Source: Octopus vulgaris (Eukaryota). From it: a stretch of DNA of 64,000 bases. The stretch covers positions 35,526,001 to 35,590,000 of the forward strand of contig OX597829.1 of NCBI GenBank assembly GCA_951406725.2, read 5' to 3'. The notes beneath the pieces are model-generated. The model was given only the letters and a program-made list of their open reading frames with translations, did no database searches and had not been told where the DNA came from. How positions within the stretch are numbered: the first letter of the stretch is position 1; each line of letters starts with the position of its first letter. The translations under genes were made by a program, and so were the position numbers. This document shows, one piece after another, positions 27,790-41,332 of this stretch.

Positions 27790-28290
27790 GATGAGCAGAA
27801 CGAAAACAACGGCTCAACAGATAAACATTCTTTCTCGCTGCAGTTATAGAAGAAACCGTAATTACGAAACTAATTTTTATTGGAGTTATGAATTGGATGC
27901 TGATTTATTTTTAACTGTTCCAAAAAAAAAAAAAAGAAAAACACGAAACAAAACCCCGCTGTTGGATATATGAATCAATTGAAATCATATTGGGACTATT
28001 TGCATCCAGAATTAAATCATTTTATTGCGAAACAATTACGGCAACAAGCAACATTTGTGGAACACAGGAAGAAAGTTAATGAGTATAACTTTATTAAAAA
28101 AGATCTGAAATTAACCTTCTTCCCAACACCATAAACGAAAACTAAAACGTGAATGATGGGAGAAAAACGCGAATGATGTCGCAGTTAACGACATTCCAAC
28201 AGATTCTATACTGCCTGTCAACCAAACTACATTATTAGCTGAAGTAACTGACCACTGTCCACTTCCTACGACTATGGTAAATAGCAGGCA
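27790..28290 (+). mobile_element. R4/Dong-like 5' ORF fragment
   Basis: GYMNQLKSYWDYLHPELNHFIAKQLRQQATFV resembles the R4/Dong N-terminal motif. Confidence 0.5.
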
Positions 28291-28343
28291 CAACTGCAAA
28301 TATTATTGTAGTAGTAGTAATAGTAGTAGTAGTAATAGTATTG

Positions 28344-28380
<37 letters not shown>

Positions 28381-29670
28381 CAGCAGCAGCAGTAGTAGCA
28401 GCAGCAGTGGTGGTGGGTGGTGGTGGTGGTGGTGGTAGTAGTAGTAGTAGTCAGGATTATATATCGGCGAAATGTGTCCATACTGAAATTTTCCGAGGAA
28501 AAACAAATTAGGCTTTGAAGTTCTCTATTCTCTACCAAAATAAATGAAAAAAAAAAGATACGTTATTAAAAACTATTAACGAAATTAGAGAGGAGAATTT
28601 ACAGCAGTGCAATGAATTCCTATTCTGGCATATAACGCATATAACACCTGTCTATATGCCCTGTTTACTACTGCAAAACAGTACATGAACGACATGCAAA
28701 GTGAACAAAACCGAAACAACAAAGAAAGTACCATCATGGGTTTTGAAGACGGAGAAAGACGTAGCTGATTTACGGAAGAAATATCAGCCATGTGATGATG
28801 CTTTAGCGTGCAAACAAGCGAATCACTATACGTTTGGTTCCTTATAAAAGGCTTTAAATGAAAGTTAAGTTTTTTTTTCTTCAAATGAATATTGCTTCTG
28901 AGAAACATTGCACCTATATTTCCCCACCTGTGTTTGGATGTGGTGCTGATGCTGGAACAAGAACTGAAATATGCATATCCACTTATTACCTATTTTTTTA
29001 GTAAGTGAATGGCACTGCTGACACAAGTGGGACACAGTATTGACTTAGAAGCTTTTAATATACGTGGTAGTATTTTATGGTTGCATAGCGAAATACGATG
29101 TCACTACCAGCGGTTAGACTGTATATCTATATCTGTGTATCTACATGTGTGTACATTTCTGTAAATAAGCCTAGATATATACGTATGTGTGTGTTTATAT
29201 TCGTGTGTGTGTATATGTGTGTATGTGTTTATTTGTATATGTTTATATGTGCGTGTGAACAATACATATATTTTATTGTGCATTTACCTTCCTTACTTCA
29301 TTCAATGTAACTCCCCCACTCTCTTTTTGAAGTCTTCTATTTCACACCCCTCAACGAATTAAACTTTCTTGTTTTTGATCAGTTTTTCTTAGAAATTTTC
29401 TTATCATTGTCTGATATTATCTTTTACTATATTCCAATTAATATTTCATATTTTCTGCCTGCATTTTACGAATGGCTACATGAAGAACAGTATATGCATG
29501 TGTATACATATGTTTGTTAAGTCTATACGTTTGTCTGTGTACAAAGAAAGACTATTATGCATTAAGAGTTACCCCTTATTGGCCCACATCGTGGAAATAT
29601 CTTTTTATAAATAATATCGATTAATATCTACATACATGCATAAAAAACATACATACATACACACACTCAC

Positions 29671-29719
<49 letters not shown>

Positions 29720-29775
29720 CATATCCTCAAACATATATGTATATACTAATATATGCATATATATTTATACATATG

Positions 29776-29810
<35 letters not shown>

Positions 29811-29814
<4 letters not shown>

Positions 29815-30015
29815 CGGAGATGTACTCGCATAGCAAGTAATTTGATCTGAGATCGTGTGCTGAAACGAAAACAATTGCAGCGTGGAAGGTGTTTATAAGC
29901 CATTTAAGAAACACACAAAAGCCGTTCGATTCACTCCAACATTTAAGTTTAATTTGTCAAAATATTTTCGTCGCTAAAATCCGCGACCTGTTCACTGACA
30001 AAGTCCGTGCTGCAT
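29811..30015 (-). mobile_element. (TA)n-anchored short repeat carrying a variant hammerhead (family of 52106-52442)
   Basis: Aligns by eye to 52106-52308 from ATTACGGAGATGTACT to CTGACAAAGT. Confidence 0.8.
29953..30002 (-). ncRNA. Type I hammerhead-like motif with G3:C8 swapped core
   Basis: TTTGTCA-GTGAACA-G-GTCGC-GGATTTTA-GCGAC-GAAA-ATAT-TT-TGACAAA: perfect 7-bp stem I, 5-bp stem II, palindromic stem III. Confidence 0.65.
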
Positions 30016-30990
30016 CTAAGAAAGTAACAGTTAGTTCGTCATATATATGTACGTATGTATGTGTGTATGTATGCATACATGTGTGTATGTATGTACGTAT
30101 GCATGTACGCACATACGCTTGTGTATGCATGTATGTGTGTATGTATGTATGTATGTATATATGTATGTGTGTGTATAAGCACGCACATACACTCTATAAA
30201 ACATAAAGTTATAAACCTGTAGCGATGGATGGATGTAGAGTGACCACTCATCACAACGCTATCAAATTTCAACTCCCTACGGCCGAGGCTAGAAAGTGAA
30301 TTTATGACGCTTGCTCACAAGAACTATACCCTAAAATCTATTATCAGATTTTTATCTCTATATCACAGAACTAATGTTTTACTATTGTTCGTATGTATGT
30401 ATGTGCGTATGTATGTATGTATGTATGTATGTATGTATGTATGTATGTATGTATGTATCTATGTATGTATGTATGTATGTATGTACATACGTACGCATGT
30501 GCGTATGTATGTATACGCGCTCGTATGCATGTGCCCAAGTATGTGTGTGTGTACATGTACGTGCGTATGTACGTGTGTATGCCCATACGTAGGTATGTAT
30601 GTATGTTTGTATTCATGTGCTACGTATGTATGTGAGTGTCTAGGAGAATGGGCAGTTGTGTCCGTGAGAGTGTGTACATGTGTATGTGTTTGTGAACGTA
30701 TGTCCGTGTACTGGCATGTGTCCGTCCAAGTTGTGTACATGACTGTTACTTTGCTGAAGGTTGTATACATATTTACATATATGTTTGTATAGACGCACAC
30801 ACATATATATATATGTGTGTGGGTGTGTGTTTGTTCCTCTCATCATCGTCTAACCGTGAATGGATACAACGCCTAGGTGCAACTGTTCGTATCAAACAAC
30901 GTCTGCTCATACCGTTGTATATAACTGCACATACGCATTGCAACCTGTATGTAAGGACTACAGGTGAAAGGGAGAGAGAGAGAGGGGTGG

Positions 30991-31781
30991 TTATAGAATA
31001 GTCCTTCTGAATGGGATCTGGATGTTATTCCATTCGGACTTTCGGTTGAGAGTAGGTTTGTATTCTTGTATACAAACAGCTTCTGTGACCTGTCTCAACA
31101 TTGCATCGGTGGGATGTGTAGATAGGATGTTCAACTTAAGCTCCCCTAAGGCTCCCTTGTGACAGTCTACAGCATGTTGGTAGAAGATGGAGTTTGGCTT
31201 CCTTTCAATGTAGTTGTCCAGGTGTTCTTTGAACCTATCATTGATGCTTCTAGAGGTCTCACCTATGTATGACTCCGGGTTAGCCGCGCAAGCTCCCTCC
31301 TGGCACTTAATCTGGTATACAGTGCCCTTGGTTTTACAATTTACGTGTGGATTTGTCGAACACACTGCACAATTACTCTGACAGGTGATTCTATCAAATG
31401 GATATGATCTGCATAATGCCGATTTGATAGTCCTACCTGTCTTTTCTACAACTTTAATTTTTAGGCCCGTAGTGCGCAGGGCTTTCTTGAATGCCTTACT
31501 TAGCTCGTTCTTAGGTGTGGCGTCAACGAACATCACTCCGTGAAATCTCCTGTTATCGTACCAAGTAACGTTTCTCATCTTTTTGTTGGTGTCCCTCTCT
31601 AACCTATTCCATAACTTGTTGCGGTACAGGGGGCATATACCGTTTTCGTCGTTCCCTAGAATGCGTTCGAATCTAGCTTTCGCTCCTTTGTACACCCTGA
31701 CTCTATCGTCTTGTGTGTATCCGGAGCGTTGCATTCGGAATATGTAGTGCTGGATGTGTTGTTGTCGTTCTTGTGGTTGGC
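30991..31781 (-). CDS. Penelope-like element C-terminus (RT thumb/linker + GIY-YIG endonuclease), 5'-truncated, uninterrupted frame; Naiad-like
   Basis: MQRSGY, FVDATP, VVEKTG, Cys-rich linker, TVYQIKC...YIGETSRS..R.KEH, EAVCI...LNRKSEW; frame stays open upstream of the listed Met until the (TA)n at ~31782. Confidence 0.85.
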
Positions 31782-31837
31782 ATATATATATATATATATA
31801 TATATCAAAATAAGCAACAAGAATAACTCCGGTAATT

Positions 31838-31921
31838 TGGTATGATCGTTTCGCATTACATCATTTTATTAAATGTTGTAAGTATTACAACAGTTTTAAA
31901 ATGCTGAGCACTCATCAGCCA
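31838..31921 (-). ncRNA. Type I hammerhead ribozyme, left arm of palindrome
   Basis: TGG-CTGATGA-GTGC...ATGC-GAAA-CGATCA-TA-CCA; stem II extension CATTTTA/TAAAATG and TGTTGTAA/TTACAACA. Confidence 0.7.
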
Positions 31922-32168
31922 TTAATAGAGGTTTTCCATTAATACATAATTTTCTTATCAAGCGGTAACATTATAGAGAAGGTAGATATATAGACTAAGA
32001 TGTGTATTTAAATTTTAGGAACATTTGAGGTAGTGGAGCTTATCAACTGACTGGCTAAAATTCAGTTGCTCCAAACTACTGTAAGGTTCTGAGAGGAACC
32101 TTTCCTTTCCTCTCAGAACCTTACAGTAGTTTGATATGAAAATTATGTATTAATGGAAAACCTCTATT

Positions 32169-32258
32169 AATTGCTGATGAGTGCTTAGCATTTTAAAACT
32201 GTTGTAATACTTACAACATTTAATAAAATGATGTAGTGCGAAACGATCGTACTAAATT
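32169..32258 (+). ncRNA. Type I hammerhead ribozyme, right arm of palindrome
   Basis: TTG-CTGATGA-GTGCT...AGTGC-GAAA-CGATCG-TA-CTA; same long stem II; weak stem I in this copy. Confidence 0.7.
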
Positions 32259-32405
32259 ACCGGAGTTATTCTTGTTGCTTATTTTGATTATAGCCACCCC
32301 ATGGATTTATATGGATAACACCATACAGAATTCTGGTGCATCCAGTAAGTATCATATTCATTTGAATCTAAATTTTGCTGAACTTATATATATACATATA
32401 TACAT

Positions 32406-32469
<64 letters not shown>

Positions 32470-32581
32470 TCAGGGTGAATACTTGATAAATGTAAGCACC
32501 TGCATATGCTAGCTAGTAGCATAGGTGAGAGGATATATGTATCAAATGAAATAAAATGAAAAACAGGACCCAAAGGATTTC

Positions 32582-32674
32582 GCGGTACATATGTTTCGAG
32601 CTTTATAGAACAACTTATTCTTACATCAATGCATAATCGACATAACAGATAGTTCAACAGCCCTCTTCAGCCGC
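32582..32674 (-). ncRNA. Type I hammerhead ribozyme, canonical core
   Basis: GCGG-CTGAAGA-GGGCT...AGCTC-GAAA-CATATG-TA-CCGC; predicted cleavage between 32586 and 32585. Confidence 0.85.
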
Positions 32675-32948
32675 ATGCAATTGCTACACCAAAGACTTGT
32701 ATCACATTATGAAAGGTTTGAGAAAGAACATTTGGTATTATTTATAATGGTAGGTAAACCAAGTATCACTGGGAAAGTATGTTTGTAAATCTTCATAATC
32801 AAATAGGCGTACTTGGTATTATTAGACTCCAAAAAATCGTCCATACCGTTTTCTCACTCTATATTGAGTGAGAAAACGGGATGGACGAATGCACGTGCAG
32901 TTTGCGCAAAAAAACCGGCCTATTTGGTGTCTCAAATTTAGGTTAAAT

Positions 32949-33450
32949 CAGTGTTTCTTAAAGGGGAGCCCTATGGGACGGTCGGACAAGTTGTTTTGGG
33001 AAAATTTTGTTTTAATGTTTGATTACTCAACACCGTCCATTTGACGGGAGGGGGGGCGTTTTGCTCGTAATAATAATATGACAACAAAAGAATGAATGAG
33101 ACCTCGATATTATATAAATAAAGGAATTTATCTATAAATATATGTGACAACCATGGAAAGAGAATTTTAGGTAAAAGAAAAAAACTTGTTAATGTTTTCA
33201 GAAGGACAAGTGAGTGATTTAAGGGCGATTTGGCAGCTGTTTCTTTACATCCAAAGACAATCCTCCTCGTTTCTTTATCACTTCCGTATGTATTGATGCT
33301 TTTCAGCATTTTTTTCTCCATAAATATATTTATATACTATAAGAAGGTAAATTTGAGAAATTATGAATTTTTTGCAACTCCACTCCCTGGCTCCGATTGT
33401 TTCTGTTTAGAAATTAAAATATTTGAGAACTTGAGAAGGTCATTGCTGGC
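32949..33450 (-). mobile_element. Possible hAT transposon remnant
   Basis: CAGTGTTTCTTAAA hAT-like terminus at 32949; a minus-strand frame reading FW...IALKSL...FS resembles the hAT dimerisation region. Confidence 0.3.
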
Positions 33451-34482
33451 ATTTGTCCGCAGCAATTATTTAAAAACGTTACGTTAGCAATAATTCATTT
33501 TAATAACATACTTTTCTGTTAGAAAATGTCTTTCTTACACATACACACATACACACACACACACACGGCTTCGCTTGATTGAGTTGGGATAGAAATTTAG
33601 ATTACTATTCATTCTGCTGCTTATATATAATATAATATAATATAATGGACCACACACATGTTACTTCTGCATCATCATTCCATAAAATGTTTAACTGGAG
33701 AAAAGTATTGAAAAAAACATCAATACATGTGAGAGTGAAAAGAGAGGGTGGTTTGGATTATGTTAGAAACACCAGCGGAACCTCCATGGAATTGCTCACC
33801 TTTTCCTCTGAAAATATTTACAATTTTTTTTTATCGAAAAGGCTCTTCCCACGGTTTTTAAGTTAAAAAAGAAAATGGTTAAAATCGGTCCGGATAGTTA
33901 TTATTGTAAGGCTTGTAGCATTCCAAACAGCCATAACAAAACATAAAAAAATTTTTTTACAAAATTTATAAGGGTATTAAAAAAAATTTCATTCAATAAA
34001 TAATGTTTTTACATTACGTATACATTAATAGAATAAACTGTCGGTTTTCCGAATAGCGAATCAAAACTTGAAATGAAAACATTGAAAGAGAACGTGAGAG
34101 ACTTTGCAAATGAAAATGGAACAATCCGCAATGAATGAAATGAATATCTAAATTTGTGAAGAATTAGACGCAGTGAATGCAATGAATATTTAAATTTGCG
34201 AGAAACTGGAGTTAAAAAATTCTATTAACTTGAGAAATCGAAATTATAGGAAATTTCTTAGAATATGAATTTATCAAAAAAAAAAAAAAAAAAAATCCAG
34301 ACAGCTAACCCTTTAATAATTCCTTTCTTTTAATACATTTAGTAACTGTTATATAAACCTAATTAATAAGCAGCTTTCTATTTTATAATATAGATGTATG
34401 TACACAGAGCATAACGGGGTCTGTGTTGTCTTTAGATCTGCAGGAACTAACTGCCAAATTTCCTATATATCACATCCTAGAT

Positions 34483-34728
34483 CAGCGTTTCTCGACCATT
34501 TATTACCTACGGGCCCCTTTGATTCCTATTTTACTTAAATGTACGCTCCATGTGTAAAAGAAAATCCTATCATATTTTTATAAATAAATATTATTAGGAA
34601 TTGTAGAAAGGTAATTATTAAAATAGTTTGTGTATTGTAGAAGTATAACCAACACAATGCAGATAAATTTTAACAACAAAATCTTATATGGACCTCCAAG
34701 GGTTATATGGAAGCAGTTGAGACGACTA
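34483..34728. mobile_element. hAT/Charlie-type MITE
   Basis: Termini CAGCGTTTCTCGAC / GTTGAGACGACTA; 8-bp flanking duplication TCCTAGAT (34475-34482) / CCCTAGAT (34729-34736). Confidence 0.65.
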
Positions 34729-35629
34729 CCCTAGATTCTTCGTAAGGAAGGACACGTTGTATAATATGTAAGCAACGAGTGGTCAAGGCTGGGATAATTT
34801 TCATTTTGCTTGCTCAGTGAGAATTCAGCTGGAGGTAGACACCGTCTAAATCAACAACCAAAATAGTAAACATATAGAAATGCTCCGCCCCACCCACACG
34901 TACACATGCATGCATGCACACGCATACACACGCACACAAACACACATACACACACACACACACACACGCATGCACGAACACACGTGTCTATTGTTTTTTA
35001 CAGCTTTCAGTTATTCCGACACTACTTTCGAAGATTAAGCTTACTCACCTCCCGTTGCTCTGCATTTTAGTGAGGGATTAAGTCAGGTTTTTTTTTTAGC
35101 ATAGTCTATCAAATATTTATACAAAGGTAGGCACAGATTCATAAAAAAAAAAGCATCGGATTTTTGGACAGTTCCTGTCAGTCGGTTTGCAAGCAGCTGA
35201 TGATGGCCAACTCGAAACCTTAGTAAAAGACATTCATGAGTGATGGGCATCGAGATCGAAATTGATCTACCAGTACGCGAACCGAAAGTTTTAACCACGA
35301 GACATGCTTATATAGATCTTAATAGAATGCGTGTCTGTATATCATACAAATGTATATAAGATTACGTAGATTTTTAACATACTTTTTGTGTCAATTTGCG
35401 TATAGCACGATAAGGTGGGGTGCAGGTGCGTGTGTATGCGTTAAATATATTTACACTCAGATCTAAATAATAAAATTTCGTGCATATGTAAAAATAAACA
35501 TTCATGTTTACAAACAGTCACACAGACAAGCCCCGACGTACACAAACGATATCCTGCACACCGTAAATATGAATAAGTATAATTTGTATATGCATGGATA
35601 TTTACAGGAATAGATATGAATGCGAGGAC

Positions 35630-35655
35630 ATACATATGTACACACATAGACATGC

Positions 35656-35702
<47 letters not shown>

Positions 35703-35812
35703 TGTATATGTATATTTATGTATATATATGCACATATATTTGTGTATATATATGTGTATACGTATATATATATATATATATATACACACATGCATACGTA
35801 GTTATAGGTATA

Positions 35813-35870
<58 letters not shown>

Positions 35871-35946
35871 TGTGTGTGTGTGTAGACGTATATATACATC
35901 TGTATATATATATATATATATATACGCATCTGTATATATATATGCA

Positions 35947-35987
<41 letters not shown>

Positions 35988-36109
35988 ACGTATATATATA
36001 TACGTATACACCATATATCTATATAGTTATATGTACAGATACTTATATATGTGCATATACAAATGTATACAAATAGACTTGTATAAGTACAAAGGCATTC
36101 AGATTCATG

Positions 36110-36181
<72 letters not shown>

Positions 36182-36275
36182 TGTATGTATGTATGTATGT
36201 ATGCATGCATGCATGTATGTATGTATGTATGTATGTATGTATGTATGTATGTATGTAGGTATGTATGTATGTATG

Positions 36276-36330
<55 letters not shown>
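35630..36330. repeat. Compound (TA)n/(TATG)n/(TG)n low-complexity tract
   Basis: Direct reading; source of the spurious 299-aa YI/HT-rich ORF. Confidence 0.95.
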
Positions 36331-36991
36331 ACGCATACAACGGTGCTGTATGTGTCTATGTGCGCGTTTGTGTGTTTGTTTTTGTGATATATGTGCATAG
36401 ATGTATGTGAACATAATATAAAATGTATATGTATATGTAAAAAGCATTCATGAAGCATACATGCAGACGCACTACACACGCACACATGCACATACACATG
36501 CGCACAAAATACTATACACAAAAACACGTACACACAGACACATACACAAAAACACATAAATACACACATATATGCAAAAATCTATTCACATATATTTATC
36601 GTTAACTTTCCTGATCAACGGTTTTCTATTTTCTTTTTTTTTTTGTTGTTATAAAATCTATTTTTCTGCCATTTTTCATTATTTAATTCGCTGTTTTGCT
36701 GCTTTTTTTTTATACACTTCGTCTTATTTATTTATGTGTTCGTTGTTGTATTTATCTATTTAATCATATACATTTTTCTTTTCACCATCCCCACCATTTT
36801 TTTTCTTGTCGTTTTTATTTTAAATTTGTAATATATTTTTTCAGTTTTATTATTTTTTAAATTGAAGTTCTAAATACTGCTTACGGGTTTCGAAAGAACT
36901 TTTGATCTTTTGGATTCCTGAAATTCTTTGATTTCTATAACTTTGCTTAATTTTTTATTTATTACTTTTTTTTATTACCTTTTTTTACTTG

Positions 36992-37061
<70 letters not shown>

Positions 37062-37457
37062 GTGTGTGTGTGTGTGTGTGCGTGCGTGTGTGTACATATG
37101 CGTGTATTTATGTATGTGCGAGTGTCTGTGTGTACATACACATATACATATATATATGTATGTATTTAGATATATACACATATCTATATAATTATGTATG
37201 AGTGTGTATCATTTATATTTTTGTGTATATATATAAATATATATCTATACATATATACATATAAATATAGATACATATATATTTATATATATATATACAT
37301 ATATATATTCATATATACATAGATATATATGCATATATATATACTTATATATTTTAATATATGTATGTATAATCACAAACTATTTAGTATGTATATATGT
37401 ATATGCGTGTGTATACATATATGTTTGTGTGTGCGTGTATATATACATACACAAACA

Positions 37458-37501
<44 letters not shown>

Positions 37502-38017
37502 GAAACAATATATATATATATGTATATATATGAATGTACGTGAGTATAATATTATGTATGAATGTGTGCATGTATATATTTGACTTTGTTTACATTTTGT
37601 TACTCCTTTTTTTCCCCCCTTTAGTTGTTCACCATCAAATGTTACTTGGATATTTACAAGGCTATGTAGTAACTCGCAGAATTCTAAAATAACATAGAAA
37701 TAGCAATGATGTAAAACCTTTCAACTTTGTTTCAAGTTTTACCCCTACGCACTTACTGAATGAAATAATATATATGCGTATATGTCTGTGTATGCATATG
37801 TATACACATTCATATACCTACCTACCTACCTACCTACTTACCTACCTACCTACCTACATACATATATACATAAAAACATACATACACACAGACATATATA
37901 TACGTATATATACATTAATATATGTACATACATGTGTGTGTTTGTATATTCATATGTGTGTATATATGCATATGTAAGTAGAAATATCGCTGAAGCTTTA
38001 TTTTGCTTCCATTCTGA

Positions 38018-38079
<62 letters not shown>

Positions 38080-38179
38080 TAATGATAAAAATAATAATAA
38101 TAATAATGATCAACGACAAAACAACAGCAATAACTATGATGTTGCTGTTGTTGCTGTTGCTGTTGTTGCTGTCGTTTAA

Positions 38180-38215
<36 letters not shown>

Positions 38216-38818
38216 AATTTCTGTTGTTGATATAGAATATTTATTTTTGCCAATTGTTTGCTAGGATATTCGTGTTGATAGGAAACAAGTATAAATATAA
38301 ATATTTGCGTATGAAGAGTGTTCATTTACACACACTTACATACATATATACATACATTTATTCTTGCGTATGTGCGCTGTATTTAAATTGAAAAAAAGTG
38401 TTTGTATATTTTTAATTCATGAAGATAAAAGCATTTACCCGGATGCAAACGTTTATCGTATATGTCGTATGTGTTTGTGTGTTTGTATGCGCGTATAACT
38501 CCTATACACACATACATGCATGCATAAATACATATGTATGTATACATTCGTATATTCATATACGTACATACATGAGTGTCTGCCTACAGATGCATGTAAA
38601 TATGCACGTATATGTACATGTGAATGTCTGTGTGTGTGCGCGTGTGCTTGTATGTGTGTGTGTGTGTGTGTGTACATATAATGGGAAAAAAGTTCTAACT
38701 GTAGTTTGCGAAATTCACAATTACCTACCCTATATAATTTTGGTAAGACTTAATGTACCATATCTAAAACAGGAGGTGTGGGAAATAGATTAAATTTTGA
38801 TACCTAGTGTGTTGATTG

Positions 38819-38879
<61 letters not shown>

Positions 38880-39249
38880 ATTAAGAACTTTGTAACAGCA
38901 AAAATAAAATATAAACATAAAAAGTAAAATATAAAAATACCGAGTACACATGCGAATTCTATTGCCCCTTTTCCATATAATTTCTTAATTTCGGTTTCAG
39001 ATTTCTAATTTTGCTTCATAAATATAACGAAATAATTATTTCCCTTATAATATTTGTGACCGTAAGTGGCGGGCTGCTTGTATGCATGTCTTGTATTTTT
39101 TAATTATTATAAATCTTCCGCTGAAAAGGGACCCTGTTTCCAACAAAGATATAACGTTCCATCTTTGGGATGTAGTTAACACAGACATGTTCACATTTCG
39201 AACTTGAGAAAAGTCTTCTATATTTTTACTGTTCCACCCACAGCTTGCA

Positions 39250-40487
39250 CGTGTACGAAGTAGCCGGTTGATTCCTGTTTCTGAAAATCCTGATTTATCC
39301 AGTTTCTCCTTTCATTATTTACTAACAAAACCTAATGCTCCAATAATTATTGGTATGAATATGATTTCGTAGTCTAGATATAGAAGCTGGCTGTTTTAAA
39401 GCAGTTGTCCATAGATATCCTTTTTTTCTTTGATTTTCAAAGAGATATTTATATCTGCAGGACAGCTGGCTTCTATGACGGTACATACCTTGGCCCCTCT
39501 GTCCCCAAAACAATATCCGGCCTAGTATGTTTACATTTGACAAACGTTTTGATGGGAGTATTTCACTAATATTCCTTGAGTTGGTGTTTATGAGTGTATT
39601 CCATAACAGAGGAATTTTCTAAGTTTATTTCAGGACAGTCTTTTTTGCGGATGGCATTGTAAATTGTTTTAGCAACAACATCGTACCGCATAGGGAAGTA
39701 GTAACGTGACGACATCTTAGGACATATGCTAATCACATGCGTGATGTCTTCCATAAAGACATGACATAGTCTTTATATTGTTGCACCTTGGGATTACGAG
39801 AGCGTCACTGTCTCTCTTGTTCGCCAAGCACTTTGCGGCAATCTCCTGTTCCTGGATTGTAAACGTATAGCTTTCAAAGTATGATGTGTCCAAGAGAAGC
39901 TGAACTTCGTGTCAATTCTGGTCTTCTTCGGGCTTCCGGGCAATATATCCATATCCATAGTCTTTTTTGTTGTTGTTTTTTTTGCATACTGAGTGCTTTC
40001 CATCCAGGTCTTCTCTGAGGTAAGAAAGCCCAGCTGTTCTGAGGCTGTATAGATCATCAGGAAAAGAGTGCTTTTTGAAGAGCTCACTGGCAACTCGTAC
40101 AATGTTGCTCACTTCACTTTTCAGCACTGTATTTATATATTTATTTTTGCGGCCTGTTGTTCAGCATGTGCTGCCTGAGTGATGCCATACGGCATTCGAA
40201 GGCCATCTGCACTGATCTCAGACCTCTACCACCTTCATTTCTTCTTAGGTAGAGCCTGTTTCAGTGGAAGTTCCCAGTTGAAGTCAGGATTGTTCGGGTT
40301 TTGATATCTATGGAGTAGATTTCCTCTTCAGACCAATCAAGTACCCCAAATGTTGGGATCAGCACTGGTACTGCAAATCCATTATGTGATGTTGTTTTGT
40401 TGTAAGAAGAGAGTACCGATTGCTATATTTTCATAAATCTGGTGTAATGTTCTCGAGTCACTCTGTCTTTATTCCCAGTGCCTTCAT
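39250..40487 (-). mobile_element. R4/Dong-like LINE 3' part, degenerate
   Basis: EGGRGLRS, IQEQEI, EDITHVISIC..RYDVVAK (CCHC region), RPDIV, SCPADINI motifs across broken frames. Confidence 0.75.
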
Positions 40488-40729
40488 ATGACACATTTTA
40501 AGTATGTATGTATGTATTTTCATGTATGTATGTATGTGTGTATGTATGTACGTGTGTATGTATGTATGCATTTATATATACACGCACTCATACGTATACA
40601 TATGTGTGTGTGTGTTTGTGTGTCTGTGTGTAGAATTTTTCTGAGATTACATGCTTTGGATTATATTTTCTCTCACCCTAGAACTCAGATGTCTTTATCT
40701 TGGTAGACATATATGTTTGCGCCTATGTA

Positions 40730-40762
<33 letters not shown>

Positions 40763-41180
40763 ATTACACATGCATGTACCTATGTGTGCACATAATGATG
40801 TCATTGTATGGGTGGATTTTGATTTAACTTATATACACATCAATACATACAATGCATACAAACTATCTGAATATCACAATGCTGGTATGGCTTCATATTT
40901 TATCAATTAAAACAAAACTTGAATTAATTGCGTCCCTACTTCCGTCTGTGTACCACGTATTTTATTTTCTGAATTATGAAGCGAAAGAAAATTAGGTTTG
41001 CTCCTTTACACTAATAAAAGAGAGATTCCAGGTACAAGAGTATGGCTTAATAATACACCAAACAATAACACCGTTAAGTGACTTTCACAAAAATATCTTG
41101 CACTGAAGTACTCGTGAAATGGTAGAAATTTCCAATAATAAAATATTCAACGGATATTTGTCCTCATCTTGCTTGTTGTT

Positions 41181-41227
41181 AACACAATGTTTCGGCTGAT
41201 ATAACTCTACAGACTTCTTCAGGTGTC
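41181..41227 (-). ncRNA. Minimal hammerhead-like motif in PLE 3' UTR/pLTR
   Basis: ACAC-CTGAAGA-AGTCTG...CAGCC-GAAA-CA-TT-GTGT; partly decayed. Confidence 0.6.
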
Positions 41228-41332
41228 TTGGGGAAATTTCGAACCTGGTTCTCATCCCTAAGGTATTTTTCGATATTGTTGTTGTTATTATTGTTGTTAT
41301 TATTGTTATAGTGGTTATTATTATTGTTAGTG

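Noticed and set aside
30788-30852. TAGACG-ATGATGA...CGTCTA downstream of the Naiad-like ORF (minus strand)
   Set aside because: Position fits a pLTR HHR, but C3, GAAA and stem II are missing and the 3' pairing comes from microsatellite-like sequence.
34370-34395. Helitron-like TCTATATTATAAAA terminus on the minus strand
   Set aside because: No matching 3' hairpin-CTAG end could be located.
35441-36340. 299-aa ORF and the many other YI/HT/CV/poly-I/L/N ORFs
   Set aside because: Translations of microsatellites that lack stop codons; no coding complexity.
36877-36897. GAAACCCGTA half-hammerhead on the minus strand
   Set aside because: No upstream CUGANGA core found.
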